A stretch of 63,935 nt of DNA, filler included, from Craspedostauros australis (Eukaryota): the NCBI GenBank assembly GCA_030167865.1. It is 8 parts of 8 records of this genome, joined end to end, with 100 filler letters (N's around TTAATTAATTAA, not from the genome) between each part and the next. Parts side by side here need not be neighbours in the genome. Positions count along the whole stretch, not along the records: positions 61,691 to 63,935 come from JALAGF010004079.1; 7 more parts are not named here. The stretch is one strand, 5' to 3'. The notes under the pieces are model-generated. The model made no database searches, was not told where the DNA came from, and was given only the letters and a program-made list of their open reading frames with translations. A program made the translations under genes and the position numbers. This document shows positions 62,792 through 63,935 of the stretch, piece by piece; position 1 is the stretch's first letter, and each line of letters begins with the position of its first letter.

Positions 62792-63935
62792 TTATGGCAC
62801 CAGTGCAATGTACTCCTCAAATGTCATGCGGGGCCCATCAAATCGAGCAGACTGCTGGTTACCATAGAGAGTGCAATGGATGTTGGTCAAGAATGCAGCA
62901 ACATAGTGTATGTGGGTGAGAGGCACGCCATAAATGCGCATGACCTTCCTCACATCAAGGAGAGGAAAGAGCTTGACGATCTCCTTAAATGCCCATTCGA
63001 CACAAATGCGCACAGAGGACATGTCCCTGTTGCAGAGGGCCTCTGTGGACCCAGGAATGGTATCCTTGTATGCACCGAAAACATACAGCGTGTTGCTGTA
63101 GGCAGGATCCCCATAGATCCGATAGACTGGATCCGGCCCATCCACTGGCATCAGCATTGCCATATCCTCTCGGATTCGGCTCTCGCTGAGCATGAAGCTA
63201 TCATGGCGGTTCCCCGAGATGGGACCGAAGTAATGCATCATGATTCCGTCGGGTGCTGCGATGCCTTGGAATTTGATACCGTGGCAGCGTTTGTGTCCCG
63301 AGTACGCAAATTCTTGGAAACGATGTGGTCGGCAGGTCTTGCGCAAGGTACCGTCGATGAACCCGACAACGTTGTTCACCAGTCCATTTGTCGCACGTTC
63401 GACGTATGCTGCGTATGAAGGGAAACGAGGAGTGAACAAGGAAATATCGACCAAGTATGGGAGTGCAATTTCGTAGAAGTACTCGTAGAAGGTGAGAGCC
63501 ACAGCAGAGATCTTGCCAAATCGGACACCGAAGACAGCCTCCATGTCCATGAGAGTTCCGCGATGCGACAAGCGGTAAAGCATGATCAGCATGCCTGTCT
63601 CGAAGGCAATGGAGTACCTGTTCCTCACTGTTACGTTTTCTGGGTCAGTAGCACCAGAAACAGCTTGGAACTTTGGCCACAGTGCCTCCTTGATGCGATG
63701 CAAAGCATCCTTGCGGAATCGGAAATGCGAAACGGCTTGCATCTCCGTCAGCTGCTCAATCCGGAGCTCAGCTGACATCGGCGCACGTGGAGGTTCGGCT
63801 GGAAGCAGATACTTCAGGTCCAGGTTGAGGACATGCACACCCATGTCGACAACGAGGTCGAATTGATGGCACAGGTTGGATAGCATGTCGGTATCGATCT
63901 CTTCCTCATGCATGTCGATGAGGTCGGTTGCCGCG
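62792..63935 (-). mobile_element. PIF/Harbinger-superfamily DDE transposase (DDE_Tnp_4/HARBI1-like), intact ORF open to window edge
   Basis: VGFIDGT, YSGHKRCHGIKFQ..PDG, GNRHD, IYGDPAY, SSVRICVEWAF; upstream HTH-like region. Confidence 0.9.

Overview
Eukaryotic genomic DNA, almost certainly a diatom, judged from GT-AG introns, diatom-type cyclase-PDE, HSF and NTT genes, and RXL/KXXK motifs. It consists of 8 contigs joined by seven artificial 100-nt linkers (N44-TTAATTAATTAA-N44), so adjacency across linkers is unreliable. Host genes: PIGO/GPI13, a 3-exon secreted protein with an RXL-KXXK cluster, an ankyrin pseudogene, two Cys-repeat surface proteins, TVP38/TMEM64, a MaoC-type dehydratase, a TPR-like protein, a Lys-rich ankyrin protein, an HSF, a U-box protein, a TLC/NTT nucleotide transporter, a receptor cyclase-PDE fusion and a STAND ATPase. 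17973-21531 and 32316-35874 are the same 3.56 kb in inverted orientation, most likely an unmerged contig overlap. Mobile DNA includes three solo-LTR-like repeats and a PIF/Harbinger-type two-ORF transposon. The most striking region is the host-gene-free contig 40206-53192. It holds CA/CCCTAA telomere-like repeats, a degenerate APE-RT-RNaseH (Ambal-like) non-LTR element whose 3' tail fuses into a higher-order TAACCCT satellite, and a CRE-clade non-LTR fragment, all co-oriented as expected for a telomere-associated retroelement array. The repeats show CpG-deamination decay. All assignments come from motif recognition by eye; no searches were run.
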